Source: an uncultured Flavobacteriales bacterium
GTDB lineage: Bacteria > Bacteroidota > Bacteroidia > Flavobacteriales > BACL11
NCBI GenBank assembly: GCA_905478765.1
Contig: CAJQJY010000012.1
Location: forward strand, 66,540 to 130,539
Reading direction: 5' to 3'
Length of the DNA stretch: 64,000 nt
The position numbers and the translations under genes were made by a program. The notes under the pieces were generated by a model. It worked only from the letters and a program-made list of their open reading frames with translations, was not told where the DNA came from and did no database searches. Positions 9,590 to 19,829 of this stretch are shown here, one piece after another (the first letter of the stretch is position 1; every line of letters starts with the position of its first letter).

Positions 9590-10036
9590 TTATCTTTTTG
9601 ATTGAAAAAAATCAGTTAATAATTTACTGCATTCTTCTTTCATTAAACCGCTTTCGATTTCAGTTTTTGGATGTAAAATATTTTCTGAAAGTATGGAGAA
9701 TCCTCTTTTTTCATCAGCAGCTCCAAAAACTATTTTTTTTAATTGCGTCCAGTAGGATGCTCCACCACACATTACGCAAGGTTCTAATGTTACGTATAAT
9801 GTACATTCATTTAAGTATTTTCCTCCTAAATAATCAGCAGCAGTAGTAAAAGCTTGCATCTCGGCATGTGCAGTTACATCATTTAAGGTTTCTGTATAAT
9901 TATGAGCTCTTGCAATAATTTGATTTTCACAAACTATAACCGCACCAACTGGAACCTCATCTTTTACAAATGCTTTTTGTGCCTCTTTAAAGGCTTCTTT
10001 CATAAAATAAGTATCATCAAAAGGATTTATTTCCAT
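9590..10036 (-). CDS. tadA: tRNA-specific adenosine deaminase / nucleoside deaminase
   Basis: [23 protein letters not shown]. The track's 5' extension to 10225 overlaps aspS and is rejected. Confidence 0.88.
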   Translation of the reverse strand: MEINPFDDTYFMKEAFKEAQKAFVKDEVPVGAVIVCENQIIARAHNYTETLNDVTAHAEMQAFTTAADYLGGKYLNECTLYVTLEPCVMCGGASYWTQLKKIVFGAADEKRGFSILSENILHPKTEIESGLMKEECSKLLTDFFQSKR

Positions 10037-10088
10037 AGTGCGAAAATACAAAACTAATGTGTTAAATTTGCAGCAAATATTTTTAAAC

Positions 10089-11831
10089 ATGTTAAGAACA
10101 TACAATTGCGGAACGTTAAACATAAATAATGTTTCAGAAAAAGTAATCCTAAGTGGATGGGTACAAAAAACAAGAGATTTAGGAGGTATGACTTTTGTTG
10201 ATTTGAGAGATAGATACGGTATCACTCAATTGGCGTTTAGTATGGATGTAAATACTGATTTATGTACTGATGCCAGGAAAATAGGTAGAGAATTTGTTAT
10301 CCAAGCTGAAGGGGTAGTGATTGAGAGAACATCAAAAAATAAAAATATACCTACAGGTGAAATTGAAATTGAAGTGAGTGGACTTACTATTCTAAACGCA
10401 TCAAAAACGCCTCCTTTTACAATTGAAGATGAAACAGATGGTGGTGATGAAATAAGAATGAAATACCGCTATCTAGATATCAGAAGAAATCCTATTAAAG
10501 AAAACTTAATGCTAAGAGCAAAAGTTTCAACTGAAACGAGAAACTTCTTAAACGCTGAAGGATTTATTGAAGTAGAAACTCCTTACTTAATAAAATCAAC
10601 ACCTGAAGGAGCAAGAGATTTTGTTGTCCCAAGTAGAATGAACGAAAAGCAATTTTATGCTTTACCACAATCTCCACAAACCTTTAAGCAATTGCTTATG
10701 GTAGCAGGAATTGATAAATATTATCAAATCGTAAAATGCTTTAGGGATGAAGATTTGCGTGCCGACAGACAACCAGAGTTTACTCAAATTGACTGTGAAA
10801 TGTCATTCATTGAGCAAGAAGATGTCCTTAATATGTTTGAAGGATTAACAAGGCATTTACTTAAAGAAGTAAAAGGTATTAAGTTAACAGAATTCCCAAG
10901 AATAACGTATGATGATGCTATGGCTTTGTATGGTTCGGACAAGCCAGATATCAGATTTGATATGGCTATTGTAGAAATAAATGCAGAGTGCAAAGGGAAG
11001 GATTTTGGTATGTTTGATAATTCAGAAGCAGTACTTGGCATTAACGCAAAAGGATGTGCAAACTATACACGTAAACAATTAGACAAATTAATCAACTTTG
11101 TAAAAACACCACAAGTTGGGGCAACAGGACTTATCTATTGTAAATATAAAGAGGACGGAACATCAAAATCATCAGTAGATAATTTTTTTGATGAAGATGC
11201 TAGAAAAGCATGGGCAGCAAAAGCAGGTTGTGAAGATGGTGACTTATTGCTAATAATGTCAGGTGGATTAGATAAAACAAGAAAGGCATTAGGAACATTA
11301 AGATTACACTTAGCAGAAGAATTAGGATTAAGAAATCCTGAGGTATTTGCACCTTTATGGGTATTAGATTTCCCATTATTGGAATGGGATGTGGATACTG
11401 AAAGATACCATGCAATGCACCACCCGTTTACTTCACCAAAACCTGATGATATTGCAAAACTAGATACCAATCCAGCAGCAGTTCGTGCCAATGCTTATGA
11501 CCTTGTGATGAACGGAAATGAGATAGGTGGAGGAAGTATTAGAATACATGATAAAGCCTTACAACAATTAATGTTTAAGCATCTTGGATTTACAGATAAA
11601 GAAGCAAAAGAGCAATTCGGATTTTTGATGGAAGCATTTGAATATGGAGCACCTCCACATGGTGGAGTTGCTTTTGGTTTTGACCGTTTATGCGCAATTA
11701 TGGGAGGGCAAGAAAGTATACGTGATTTTATAGCATTCCCTAAAAACAACTCTGGTAGAGATGTAATGATTGATTCACCATCAGATGTTGATGAAGAACA
11801 ATTAAATGAACTCAATATAAAACTGATATAA
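10089..11831 (+). CDS. aspS: Aspartate--tRNA ligase
   Basis: MLRTYNCG start; DLRDRYG; [10 protein letters not shown]; [18 protein letters not shown]; GAPPHGG. Promoter TAAATTTG at 10063-10070. Confidence 0.99.
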   Translation: MLRTYNCGTLNINNVSEKVILSGWVQKTRDLGGMTFVDLRDRYGITQLAFSMDVNTDLCTDARKIGREFVIQAEGVVIERTSKNKNIPTGEIEIEVSGLTILNASKTPPFTIEDETDGGDEIRMKYRYLDIRRNPIKENLMLRAKVSTETRNFLNAEGFIEVETPYLIKSTPEGARDFVVPSRMNEKQFYALPQSPQTFKQLLMVAGIDKYYQIVKCFRDEDLRADRQPEFTQIDCEMSFIEQEDVLNMFEGLTRHLLKEVKGIKLTEFPRITYDDAMALYGSDKPDIRFDMAIVEINAECKGKDFGMFDNSEAVLGINAKGCANYTRKQLDKLINFVKTPQVGATGLIYCKYKEDGTSKSSVDNFFDEDARKAWAAKAGCEDGDLLLIMSGGLDKTRKALGTLRLHLAEELGLRNPEVFAPLWVLDFPLLEWDVDTERYHAMHHPFTSPKPDDIAKLDTNPAAVRANAYDLVMNGNEIGGGSIRIHDKALQQLMFKHLGFTDKEAKEQFGFLMEAFEYGAPPHGGVAFGFDRLCAIMGGQESIRDFIAFPKNNSGRDVMIDSPSDVDEEQLNELNIKLI

Positions 11832-11832
11832 A

Positions 11833-12363
11833 ATGAAAAAGAAAGATTCCGTTTTTGTGCCAATTATTATCATATTGTCAATTATTATACCAATAGCGGT
11901 TGCAGCGCTTATGATATTTTCAAATTATTTGCATATTAATAGCGAGAGTGATTATAGCTTCCTTCCCCTTTTTCATGCAATATTAAATGGAACAACCGCT
12001 ATCTTGCTATTCTGTGGTTTTGTTCTAATAAAAAATAAGAAGAGTAAATTGCATAAAATATCAATGATAACTGCCTTTGTGTTGTCATCAGTATTTTTAC
12101 TTTCTTACGTTTTTTCAAAATTAGTTTTGGACCATGCTACAACTAAATATTTGGGAGAATATATAATCACTTATCGTTTTATTCTGATTTCTCATATTCT
12201 ATTATCAATTGCTGTCTTACCATTAGCATTATTTTCCATGTACAGAGGGCTTACAGGAGAGTTTGAGAAACATAAAAACATAGTAAAATGGACTTTCCCT
12301 ATTTGGATGTATGTAGCTATAACAGGTGTGATGGTGTATTTATTTATGAGTCCATATTACTAA
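11833..12363 (+). CDS. DUF420 family membrane protein (oxidase-associated)
   Basis: FHAILNG, HK..M..AF..S..FL..Y, ISHILLS, H+.I..WTFPIWMYVAITGV.VY. Confidence 0.9.
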   Translation: MKKKDSVFVPIIIILSIIIPIAVAALMIFSNYLHINSESDYSFLPLFHAILNGTTAILLFCGFVLIKNKKSKLHKISMITAFVLSSVFLLSYVFSKLVLDHATTKYLGEYIITYRFILISHILLSIAVLPLALFSMYRGLTGEFEKHKNIVKWTFPIWMYVAITGVMVYLFMSPYY

Positions 12364-13374
12364 ATGAATAAAAATAAATCTATAGTAATCTGGTTATTAT
12401 CAGGATGTGCTTTAATCTTTATTATGGTAGTTGTAGGTGGAATTACGCGCTTAACAGATTCTGGACTTTCAATGGTCAAGTGGAATTTATTTATGGGAGC
12501 AATACCCCCTTTAAATGAAACAGAATGGAAAGAAACTTTCAGCCTTTATAAGTCATATCCTGAATACCAAAAAGTTAATTTTAATTTTACACTATCTGAA
12601 TTTAAATATATATTTTTTTGGGAATATCTACACAGAATGATTGGAAGGTTATTAGGCTTAGTATTTATCATACCCTTCATTTATTTTCTGATAAAGAAAA
12701 GATTAAATAAAAAACTAATTATTCAAACCTCTATTTTACTCCTGATGGGAACTATGCAAGGAGCTATTGGTTGGTGGATGGTAAGAAGTGGTTTAGTAAA
12801 TAATCCTGATGTAAGCCATTACAGATTAGCAGTGCATTTAATCACAGCATTTTTAACTTTTGCATTTACCTTTTGGGTAGTTTTACCACTTATTCTTACA
12901 AAAGAAAGAAGTGGAAATACTATACTTCTTGGTCTTACAAAAATACTGATGCTATTAATAATTGTTCAAATTATTTATGGAGCATTTGTAGCTGGATTAA
13001 ATGCTGGAATTGGATTTAATACTTGGCCAAAAATGGGTGACTATTGGATTGCTGATGCTGTATTTCAACTTGAGCCATTATGGAAAAATTTTGTTGAAGG
13101 AAGGTATGGAGTTCAATTTATTCATAGAATTCTTGCATTAACTTTAGTTGCTTTTGTAATTTATATTTGGAAGAAAGGAGAAAAATTAGAATTAGTAAAC
13201 AATCAGAAAAGGTCTCTTAATTTACTTTTAGGGATTGTACTACTCCAAACACTCTTAGGGATTTTTACTTTGATTTTAGTAGTTCCGCTTTGGCTTGCAG
13301 CTCTACACCAAATTGGTGCTTTTTTCTTAATAATGGCAACTACCTATTCTCTCTTTATTTTTTCAAAATCTTAG
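12364..13374 (+). CDS. ctaA: Heme A synthase (COX15/CtaA type 2)
   Basis: VGGITRLTDSGLSM, WEYLHRMIGR, GWWMVRSGL, VSHYRLAVHL, QFIHR, LHQ. Confidence 0.95.
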   Translation: MNKNKSIVIWLLSGCALIFIMVVVGGITRLTDSGLSMVKWNLFMGAIPPLNETEWKETFSLYKSYPEYQKVNFNFTLSEFKYIFFWEYLHRMIGRLLGLVFIIPFIYFLIKKRLNKKLIIQTSILLLMGTMQGAIGWWMVRSGLVNNPDVSHYRLAVHLITAFLTFAFTFWVVLPLILTKERSGNTILLGLTKILMLLIIVQIIYGAFVAGLNAGIGFNTWPKMGDYWIADAVFQLEPLWKNFVEGRYGVQFIHRILALTLVAFVIYIWKKGEKLELVNNQKRSLNLLLGIVLLQTLLGIFTLILVVPLWLAALHQIGAFFLIMATTYSLFIFSKS

Positions 13375-14261
13375 AGAAAAAAATTATCCAAAACATAAAT
13401 AATTTGCATTAATGGAAGGTATGCAAAAGAAGCTAACATTAACTTTTTTGCGCTTTCATCAGTAGTTTCTTTGTACAAATCAAATGACTTGTAAGTAAAC
13501 CAAACCCCTAAAATTAAAATCAGAATAAAAGCATAGATTGAAAGAGTTAAATCTTTATAACTCCAAAAGAAAGGAACAACCGAAATAAGTGTCATGCACA
13601 CTGAAGTGATAATTGAGATTGCTGCTGGATATGTATTCTTCTCGCCCCCAAAAAGCATCTTAAATCCTGCTTTTTTATAATCATCATTTAGTACCCAAGC
13701 AATAGCAATAAAGTGAGGGAATTGCCAAAAAAACTGAATTGCAAATAAAGTGCCTGCTGCCAATCCGAAATCATCAGTAGCAGCTACCCAGCCCAATAAA
13801 AATGGAATAGCTCCTGGAATAGCGCCCACAAAGATAGATATAGTTGAAACTCTCTTTAAAGGAGTGTACGAAAGAACATATAGCAGGATAGAAACTAAAC
13901 CAAATAAAGAAGATTTGGACATAAATCCATAAAAACTTCCTTGAGGATTTATAAAGTTTAAAAGATATAAACCTAATGTTGCCATTATGGAACAAAAAAT
14001 TACTGCCTGAAACACTGAAAGGTTACCTTTAGGCAAAGGTCTATTAGCGGTTCTTTCCATTAATTTATCCTTGTCTTTTTCAAGAATTTGATTGAAACCA
14101 TTTGCGGATCCTGTAACAAAAAAACCTCCCAGTATCAAAAATATAAACTCATTAAATACAAAGTTTTCAATTCCTAAAAGGTAACCAACCACTGCAGAAA
14201 AAACTACAGTAATAGATAGTCTGAATTTTAAAAGTTGCACATAGTATTTGAATACATTCAT
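13371..14261 (-). CDS. ctaB: Heme O synthase (protoheme IX farnesyltransferase)
   Basis: NQILEKDKDKLMERTANRPLP; SYTPLKR; GAIPGAIP; WQFPHF.AIAW..DY..AG. Confidence 0.96.
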   Translation of the reverse strand: MNVFKYYVQLLKFRLSITVVFSAVVGYLLGIENFVFNEFIFLILGGFFVTGSANGFNQILEKDKDKLMERTANRPLPKGNLSVFQAVIFCSIMATLGLYLLNFINPQGSFYGFMSKSSLFGLVSILLYVLSYTPLKRVSTISIFVGAIPGAIPFLLGWVAATDDFGLAAGTLFAIQFFWQFPHFIAIAWVLNDDYKKAGFKMLFGGEKNTYPAAISIITSVCMTLISVVPFFWSYKDLTLSIYAFILILILGVWFTYKSFDLYKETTDESAKKLMLASFAYLPLMQIIYVLDNFFL

Positions 14262-14271
14262 TGTAATAGAA

Positions 14272-14505
14272 TCAAGCTACTTTAGTTTTCTTTTTTTGCA
14301 GGTAGTAAAACACTCCAAATAAAAATACCGCTATATATGGCATGGACATTAAAAACAAAATTCCATCATTTAAACCTGCCCCTTTAGTATCTCCTGCATC
14401 CAAATTACCCTCAACAACTGCTTTACACATTGCACACTGAGCAATGCTGAGGAAATTGAAAAAAGTCATTAAGATAACTAAAACAAATAATTTAATCCTT
14501 AGCAT
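14272..14505 (-). CDS. Small exported/membrane-anchored CxxC protein of Bacteroidota cox operons
   Basis: Signal peptide, then AQCAMCKA; GLNDGILFLMSMPY transmembrane segment; basic tail. Confidence 0.8.
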   Translation of the reverse strand: MLRIKLFVLVILMTFFNFLSIAQCAMCKAVVEGNLDAGDTKGAGLNDGILFLMSMPYIAVFLFGVFYYLQKKKTKVA

Positions 14506-15172
14506 CCTTTAGCGGTCTTTTGTATTCTGCCATTAGAACATTAATGTCATTAATAAGATCCTTCATCTGCACTTCATTAGTGCCATCATATGCACCAACA
14601 ACATTTCCATTTATATCAATACCCGATCTAACTCTACCCTGTTTGTCAATTAAAATAAAATACTCTGAATGTAAAAATCCTCCAGGGGCTAATGAATCAA
14701 CGCTTGCATTAACAAAATAGTTTGCTGCTGATTCATATAATTTATCTTTATCTCCCGTCAAAAAATCCCAATTAGATAAGTCAATGCTAATATTTTTTTG
14801 ATGCATTAAATTAACATATTCACTTAATTTTTCTGGTGTATCATTATCAGGGTCAACGGTATGAGATAAAAACCTAATGTTAGGATAAACACTAAGTTTA
14901 TCTTGTAAATACGACATATTTCTCGTCATTGTTGGACAAATAGTAGGGCAAGATGTAAAGAAAAAGTTTGCAACATAAATTGAACCTAAGAGACTATCAT
15001 TTGTAATAGTATCATTATCTTGATTGACAAAACTAAAATCATTAATACTATAATCCGCTTCTCCTATAATCTCTAATTTAATGAAATTATTATACCCCCT
15101 AGTTAAAAAAAAGTACATTACAGCCGGCAAAACCAACAATAAAAAAAGAAGTGTTAATTTTTCTAACTTCAT
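14492..15172 (-). CDS. SCO1/SenC copper chaperone
   Basis: FFFTSCPTICP (CxxxC), SHTVDPDNDTPE, HSE. Confidence 0.95.
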   Translation of the reverse strand: MKLEKLTLLFLLLVLPAVMYFFLTRGYNNFIKLEIIGEADYSINDFSFVNQDNDTITNDSLLGSIYVANFFFTSCPTICPTMTRNMSYLQDKLSVYPNIRFLSHTVDPDNDTPEKLSEYVNLMHQKNISIDLSNWDFLTGDKDKLYESAANYFVNASVDSLAPGGFLHSEYFILIDKQGRVRSGIDINGNVVGAYDGTNEVQMKDLINDINVLMAEYKRPLKDAKD

Positions 15173-15184
15173 AATATCTAAAAT

Positions 15185-15505
15185 CTAAATTTTTAAATAG
15201 GTGTATAGTCCTTCATTTAATAGAATGAATAACAAATATGGCACCAGTATTAGTGCAGGCAATAATATTGTCCATTTTAAAGTGACTTTTTCATGCCCTA
15301 AGTGCATAAATTGATTAATTATATAAGCTGCTTTTATAATAGTTAAAATAATAAATACATGATTTATTAATTTTGTACCTAATAAGATTGTATCTACTAA
15401 AAATGATGGCTTAATTATGCCAAGAGCAACTTCAAAAGCTGTAATAAATAATAATATCCAAAAAACCTTCCAAATCCACCAATTTCCCTTTGTTTCACTT
15501 GCCAT
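15185..15505 (-). CDS. Cytochrome c oxidase subunit IV family protein
   Basis: IWKVFWIL..IT..EV; TIIKAAYI...FMHL.HE; three hydrophobic helices. Confidence 0.88.
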   Translation of the reverse strand: MASETKGNWWIWKVFWILLFITAFEVALGIIKPSFLVDTILLGTKLINHVFIILTIIKAAYIINQFMHLGHEKVTLKWTILLPALILVPYLLFILLNEGLYTYLKI

Positions 15506-15522
15506 AATAATTTATTTTTTAA

Positions 15523-16440
15523 TTATACTAAGTAGAAGAATGTAAATACAAACACCCACACTAAATCAACAAAATGCCAGTAAAGTCCTACTTTCTCTAC
15601 CATTTCGTAATGACCCCTTCTTTCATAAGTGCCTTTAATTACATTAATTAAAATAATGATTAATAGGATTACACCTGAGAATACATGAAAACCATGAAAT
15701 CCTGTAATGAAAAAGAAATAATCCGCAAATAAAGGATGACCGTATTCATTATTTTTCAAATTTGCTCCTAATAATACTTCCGAAGCATTTTCTCTTAAAT
15801 AGGTAATTGCATCCTCATTTGTGAGATACATTCTATTTGCTTTTCTAATATTATATTGAGGATTTGCTTCTAAGCTTGTAATCACCTGATCAACTGTGTA
15901 GTGATGATGATTACCATCATGTCCATCAGCACCCATTAATGCGTAAACAGAAGATAATTTCTCTCCTTCAGCAATATGTACTACATGCTCTGTTTGAGTA
16001 TTAATCCCTCCTTTATCACCATGAATAAAATGTCCCCACTCCCACGCTTGTGAGCCTAAGAATATAGCACCGCCAACAATAGTTAAGGACAGCCATAATA
16101 TCACTTTCTTCTTTTGCATTTTATGTCCGTAATTTACAGCAAGTACCATTGTTACCGAACTCATAATAAGAATAAAAGTCATTAAGGCAACAAACAAAAG
16201 TGGATGCTCTCCATGTAAGAATGGGAAGTGACTAAATACATCTTCAGGATTTGGCCAGATATCAGGATATTTAAATCTACTAAATCCATAAGCGGCTAAA
16301 AAGGCAGAAAATGTCAAGGTGTCTGTAATTAAGAAAAACCACATCATTAATTTCCCATAACTTGCTTCATAAGGCTGATCACCTCCTTTCCACGCTGGCT
16401 TATGATCTTTTACTAATGCTTCATCTAATACTTCATCCAT
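15523..16440 (-). CDS. ctaE: Cytochrome c oxidase subunit III (long paralog, His-rich insertion)
   Basis: GKLMMWFFLITD..TF; FFFITGFHGFHV; GLYWHFVDLVWVFVF. Confidence 0.93.
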   Translation of the reverse strand: MDEVLDEALVKDHKPAWKGGDQPYEASYGKLMMWFFLITDTLTFSAFLAAYGFSRFKYPDIWPNPEDVFSHFPFLHGEHPLLFVALMTFILIMSSVTMVLAVNYGHKMQKKKVILWLSLTIVGGAIFLGSQAWEWGHFIHGDKGGINTQTEHVVHIAEGEKLSSVYALMGADGHDGNHHHYTVDQVITSLEANPQYNIRKANRMYLTNEDAITYLRENASEVLLGANLKNNEYGHPLFADYFFFITGFHGFHVFSGVILLIIILINVIKGTYERRGHYEMVEKVGLYWHFVDLVWVFVFTFFYLV

Positions 16441-16452
16441 AGTTTAATTGAT

Positions 16453-17007
16453 TTAATAGAATTTTAAAAAGGCAAATAATATAACCCATAGTACAGTTAA
16501 AAAATGCCAATAGATAGCTGTTAACTCTAAGCCTAAATAATTATTAACTGAGTATAAATTCTGTTTTGATTTAATTGTGCTTATACATAATCCAACCAGC
16601 CCTCCAACAAGATGTAAAAGATGAGTTAAAGTTAATATATATAAAAAAGATCCTGATATATTACTACCAACTCCTGTTAAAAAAATGCCTTGGTTAGTTA
16701 ATTGCTGCCATCCCTTAATTTGAAAATATGAAAATATAATTCCTAAAATTAAAACAGAAAACACCAAACTAAATATTGACTTTTCTTTTTTAAGTTGTGG
16801 TTTAATAAAAAATAACAATAAACTACTGAGAATAATAACCCCAGTACTGAATACAAAATAATTTGGCAAAATAAATTCTTTCCAATTTCCAACGTCAGCT
16901 TTTTCAACTATAAATGCAGATAACATGCTTGCAAAAAACATTGAAATAGCAGCTAATGATATCCACAAAAGCTGTTTTTTAACCATATTTCTTAAAGCTA
17001 TATCCAT
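16453..17007 (-). CDS. Cytochrome c oxidase subunit III (short paralog)
   Basis: LLWI...ISMFFA; LTLTHLLHLVGG; YWHFLTVLWV. Confidence 0.9.
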   Translation of the reverse strand: MDIALRNMVKKQLLWISLAAISMFFASMLSAFIVEKADVGNWKEFILPNYFVFSTGVIILSSLLLFFIKPQLKKEKSIFSLVFSVLILGIIFSYFQIKGWQQLTNQGIFLTGVGSNISGSFLYILTLTHLLHLVGGLVGLCISTIKSKQNLYSVNNYLGLELTAIYWHFLTVLWVILFAFLKFY

Positions 17008-17008
17008 A

Positions 17009-18760
17009 TTAATGCTCTATCTCTCCATCTTTTAATGGCTCAGTTTGTATAATAAAATCTTCTTCAGCACCTGGCTTTGAATAATCGTATGCCCAACGCT
17101 TTACAACTGGCAATTCTCCAGGCCAATTCCCATGTATCCTTTCAATAGGGGTAGTCCACTCTAAGGTGTTTGATTTCCATGGATTTTGACTTGCTTTTGT
17201 ACCTTTAAATATACTATAAAAGAAATTAAAAAGAAAAATTGCTTGAACTATAGCTCCTGCTAATGCAAAAAAAGTAATAAGAGCATTAATGTCTGATAAA
17301 CCATCAAACATTGGAAAAGCAGAATTAGAGTAATATCTTCTTGGTAAACCAGCTAATCCTAAAAAATGCATTGGGAAAAATACGCCATATGCACAAATAA
17401 AAGTACCCCAAAAATGTATATATCCTAAATGCTTATTCATCATTCTCCCATACATTTTAGGGAACCAATGATACACCCCTGCGAACATACCATATATAGC
17501 AGAAAGGCCCATTACAATATGAAAGTGACCTACAACAAAATAAGTGTCATGCACATTAATGTCTAAAGCACTATCTCCTAATATAATTCCAGTCAGTCCG
17601 CCCGTAATAAATGCTGAAACAGTTCCAATAGCAAATAACATTGCTGGTGTAAAACGAATATTTCCTCTCCATAAAGTGGCTAAATAATTAAATACCTTTA
17701 CAGCTGAAGGTATAGCGATAAGTAAAGTAGTAAATGTAAATACAGATCCTAAAAATGGATTCATGCCTGTCATAAACATATGATGACCCCAAACAATAAA
17801 TGATAAAAATGCAATTAATAATAACGCACCAACCATTGCTTTATATCCAAAAATAGGTTTTCTTGAATTTACAGCAATCACTTCAGAAACAATACCTAAT
17901 GCTGGTAATAAAATAATATAAACTTCAGGGTGACCCAAAAACCAAAATAAATGCTCGAATAAAATAGGACTCCCTCCTTCATTATGTAAAACTTCACCAT
18001 TAATAATGATATCTGAAAGATAAAAACTAGTACCAAATGATCTGTCAAAAACTAATAAGAGACCACAAGATAAAAGAACTGGAAATGAAAGAACCCCAAG
18101 TATTGCTGTGATTAATAAAGCCCAAACGGTAAGTGGAAGACGTTTCATAGTCATACCAATCGTTCTTAAATTTAATATTGTAACAATATAATTTAGTCCT
18201 CCAAGTAATGAGCCAACAACAAATAATGTTATACTAATTAACCACAATGTCATACCAGTACCTGAACCAGGTATTGCTTGTGGAAGTGCAGAAAGTGGGG
18301 GGTAGATTGTCCAACCACCAGAAGCAGGGCCTGACTCAACAAATAATGAACTCATCAACACAACAGTCGCGATAAAAAAGAACCAGTACGAAAGCATGTT
18401 TAAAAATCCAGAAGCCATATCTCTAGCACCAATTTGTAATGGTATTAAGAAATTAGCAAATGTACCTGAAAGACCAGCTGTTAGCACCCAAAAAACTAAT
18501 ATTGTACCATGCATAGTAACTAAGGCTAAGTACTTATCAGGATTTAAACCTCCTGCATCATTCAGCCAAGTGCTTGGCAGTAAGTTATATAATATAGATG
18601 ACTCACCAGGATTAGCCAATTGGACTCTGAATATAGCAGACATTAACATCCCAACAACTGCCATAAACATTCCAGTTAAAAGAAATTGCTTAGCAATCAT
18701 CTTATGGTCCATACTAAAAACATATTTAGTAATGAAGTTTTCTTTATGATGTTCCGACAT
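17009..18760 (-). CDS. ctaD: Cytochrome c oxidase subunit I, A1-type heme-copper oxidase
   Basis: SMDHKMI, TMHG, GWTIYPPLS, FWFLGHPEVY, WGHHM, HDTYFVVGHFH, PRRY. Confidence 0.98.
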   Translation of the reverse strand: MSEHHKENFITKYVFSMDHKMIAKQFLLTGMFMAVVGMLMSAIFRVQLANPGESSILYNLLPSTWLNDAGGLNPDKYLALVTMHGTILVFWVLTAGLSGTFANFLIPLQIGARDMASGFLNMLSYWFFFIATVVLMSSLFVESGPASGGWTIYPPLSALPQAIPGSGTGMTLWLISITLFVVGSLLGGLNYIVTILNLRTIGMTMKRLPLTVWALLITAILGVLSFPVLLSCGLLLVFDRSFGTSFYLSDIIINGEVLHNEGGSPILFEHLFWFLGHPEVYIILLPALGIVSEVIAVNSRKPIFGYKAMVGALLLIAFLSFIVWGHHMFMTGMNPFLGSVFTFTTLLIAIPSAVKVFNYLATLWRGNIRFTPAMLFAIGTVSAFITGGLTGIILGDSALDINVHDTYFVVGHFHIVMGLSAIYGMFAGVYHWFPKMYGRMMNKHLGYIHFWGTFICAYGVFFPMHFLGLAGLPRRYYSNSAFPMFDGLSDINALITFFALAGAIVQAIFLFNFFYSIFKGTKASQNPWKSNTLEWTTPIERIHGNWPGELPVVKRWAYDYSKPGAEEDFIIQTEPLKDGEIEH

Positions 18761-18768
18761 CTTTTATA

Positions 18769-19749
18769 TTATTTTTGAGTTAATAATTTTTTTTCTAAGT
18801 TATCCTGAGAAGCAATCCAAATATCATATTCTTCTTGGGTTTCAACAATAAATTTCATTTGCATGTTAAAATGTGAAGCCCCACATATCTTATTACACAA
18901 TAAAACATATTCAAAATCCTCTCCCTCACTTTCTTTCATTTGAGCAGTTGTTTTGTTAGGAGTAAATCCAAATTGAGTGGAAATTCCTGGAACACAATTC
19001 ATTTGTACTCTAAAATGTGGCAAAAAAGCAGAATGTATTACATCCTGAGAACGAAACTTTAATAATACAGGCTCATTAACCACTAAATGAACTTCTCTAG
19101 CCATTTTATCGTCAGCAGAATTGACATCTAACATGTCAACTCCAAGAGTATTTTTTCCTTTAACTAATTTATAATTTGCTTTACCTAATTTATTGTCAAT
19201 GCCAGAGTATCTAGCAGTCCAATTATATTGCTTTGCATAAACTTCAATTAATTTAGTTGATTCAGTGACCTCAACATTCATGGCATTATCCCAAGTTTTT
19301 AAGCCAAAAATAATAAGCACTGTAAGAATTATAGTAGGAATAACAGTCCATACAACTTCTAGCTTATTATTATGTGATAAAAAATATGCATTATTAGATT
19401 TTTTACCTCTATACTTAAATGCAAAATAAAATAGCATAGGAGATGTAATAAAAAATACTACAATAATTAATCCCATAGACACTTTCATTAATAAATCAAT
19501 TTGTGTCCCATGTACAGAGCTCGCAGGAGGCAATAAAAGATGATTCCAAGTTATCATTTGCCAGACCACAAAAATTAAAAATCCAAAACCTACTATTAAA
19601 AATAATAACCCTTGAGTGTTATTATCTTTATCCGATACTTCATTAACATCCTTATTTTTTATTTCTGATAATAGCTCGCCAACTCTAACAATTTGAACTA
19701 ATGTTGCAATAACTAAGATTACAATAATAAAAATTAAAATATTTGTCAT
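18769..19749 (-). CDS. ctaC: Cytochrome c oxidase subunit II (CuA)
   Basis: QYNWTARY, DVIHS, CNKICGASHFNM. No fused cytochrome c domain. Confidence 0.96.
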   Translation of the reverse strand: MTNILIFIIVILVIATLVQIVRVGELLSEIKNKDVNEVSDKDNNTQGLLFLIVGFGFLIFVVWQMITWNHLLLPPASSVHGTQIDLLMKVSMGLIIVVFFITSPMLFYFAFKYRGKKSNNAYFLSHNNKLEVVWTVIPTIILTVLIIFGLKTWDNAMNVEVTESTKLIEVYAKQYNWTARYSGIDNKLGKANYKLVKGKNTLGVDMLDVNSADDKMAREVHLVVNEPVLLKFRSQDVIHSAFLPHFRVQMNCVPGISTQFGFTPNKTTAQMKESEGEDFEYVLLCNKICGASHFNMQMKFIVETQEEYDIWIASQDNLEKKLLTQK

Positions 19750-19769
19750 TTGATAAATTTTTTCGGTCG

Positions 19770-19777
19770 CAAAAATA
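19770..19777 (-). promoter_or_regulatory. -7 element (TATTTTTG) of the cox operon
   Basis: TAnnTTTG match 20 nt upstream of the ctaC ATG. Confidence 0.6.
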
Positions 19778-19829
19778 GAAAAACCAATCTTTGGAAACTA
19801 TAATTTAGCGCATAATTTTAAATTCATCT

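Noticed and set aside
10037-10225. N-terminal extensions of tadA and aspS in the ORF track
   Set aside because: They overlap each other and the divergent promoters; family alignment starts at 10036 and 10089.
10784-11863. Four antisense ORFs over aspS (and similar ones over cox, cysS, polA, yebC, suf, rluF)
   Set aside because: Shadow ORFs opposite well-conserved genes; Ser/Phe-rich, no motifs or own signals.
18860-18900. CuA motif with Lys in place of Glu (CNKICG)
   Set aside because: As I recall this is the usual Bacteroidota variant; that residue ligates Cu through its backbone carbonyl.
19801-19828. Second operator-like half-site TAATTTAG near the cox promoter
   Set aside because: Spacing does not fit the 11-1-11 palindrome.
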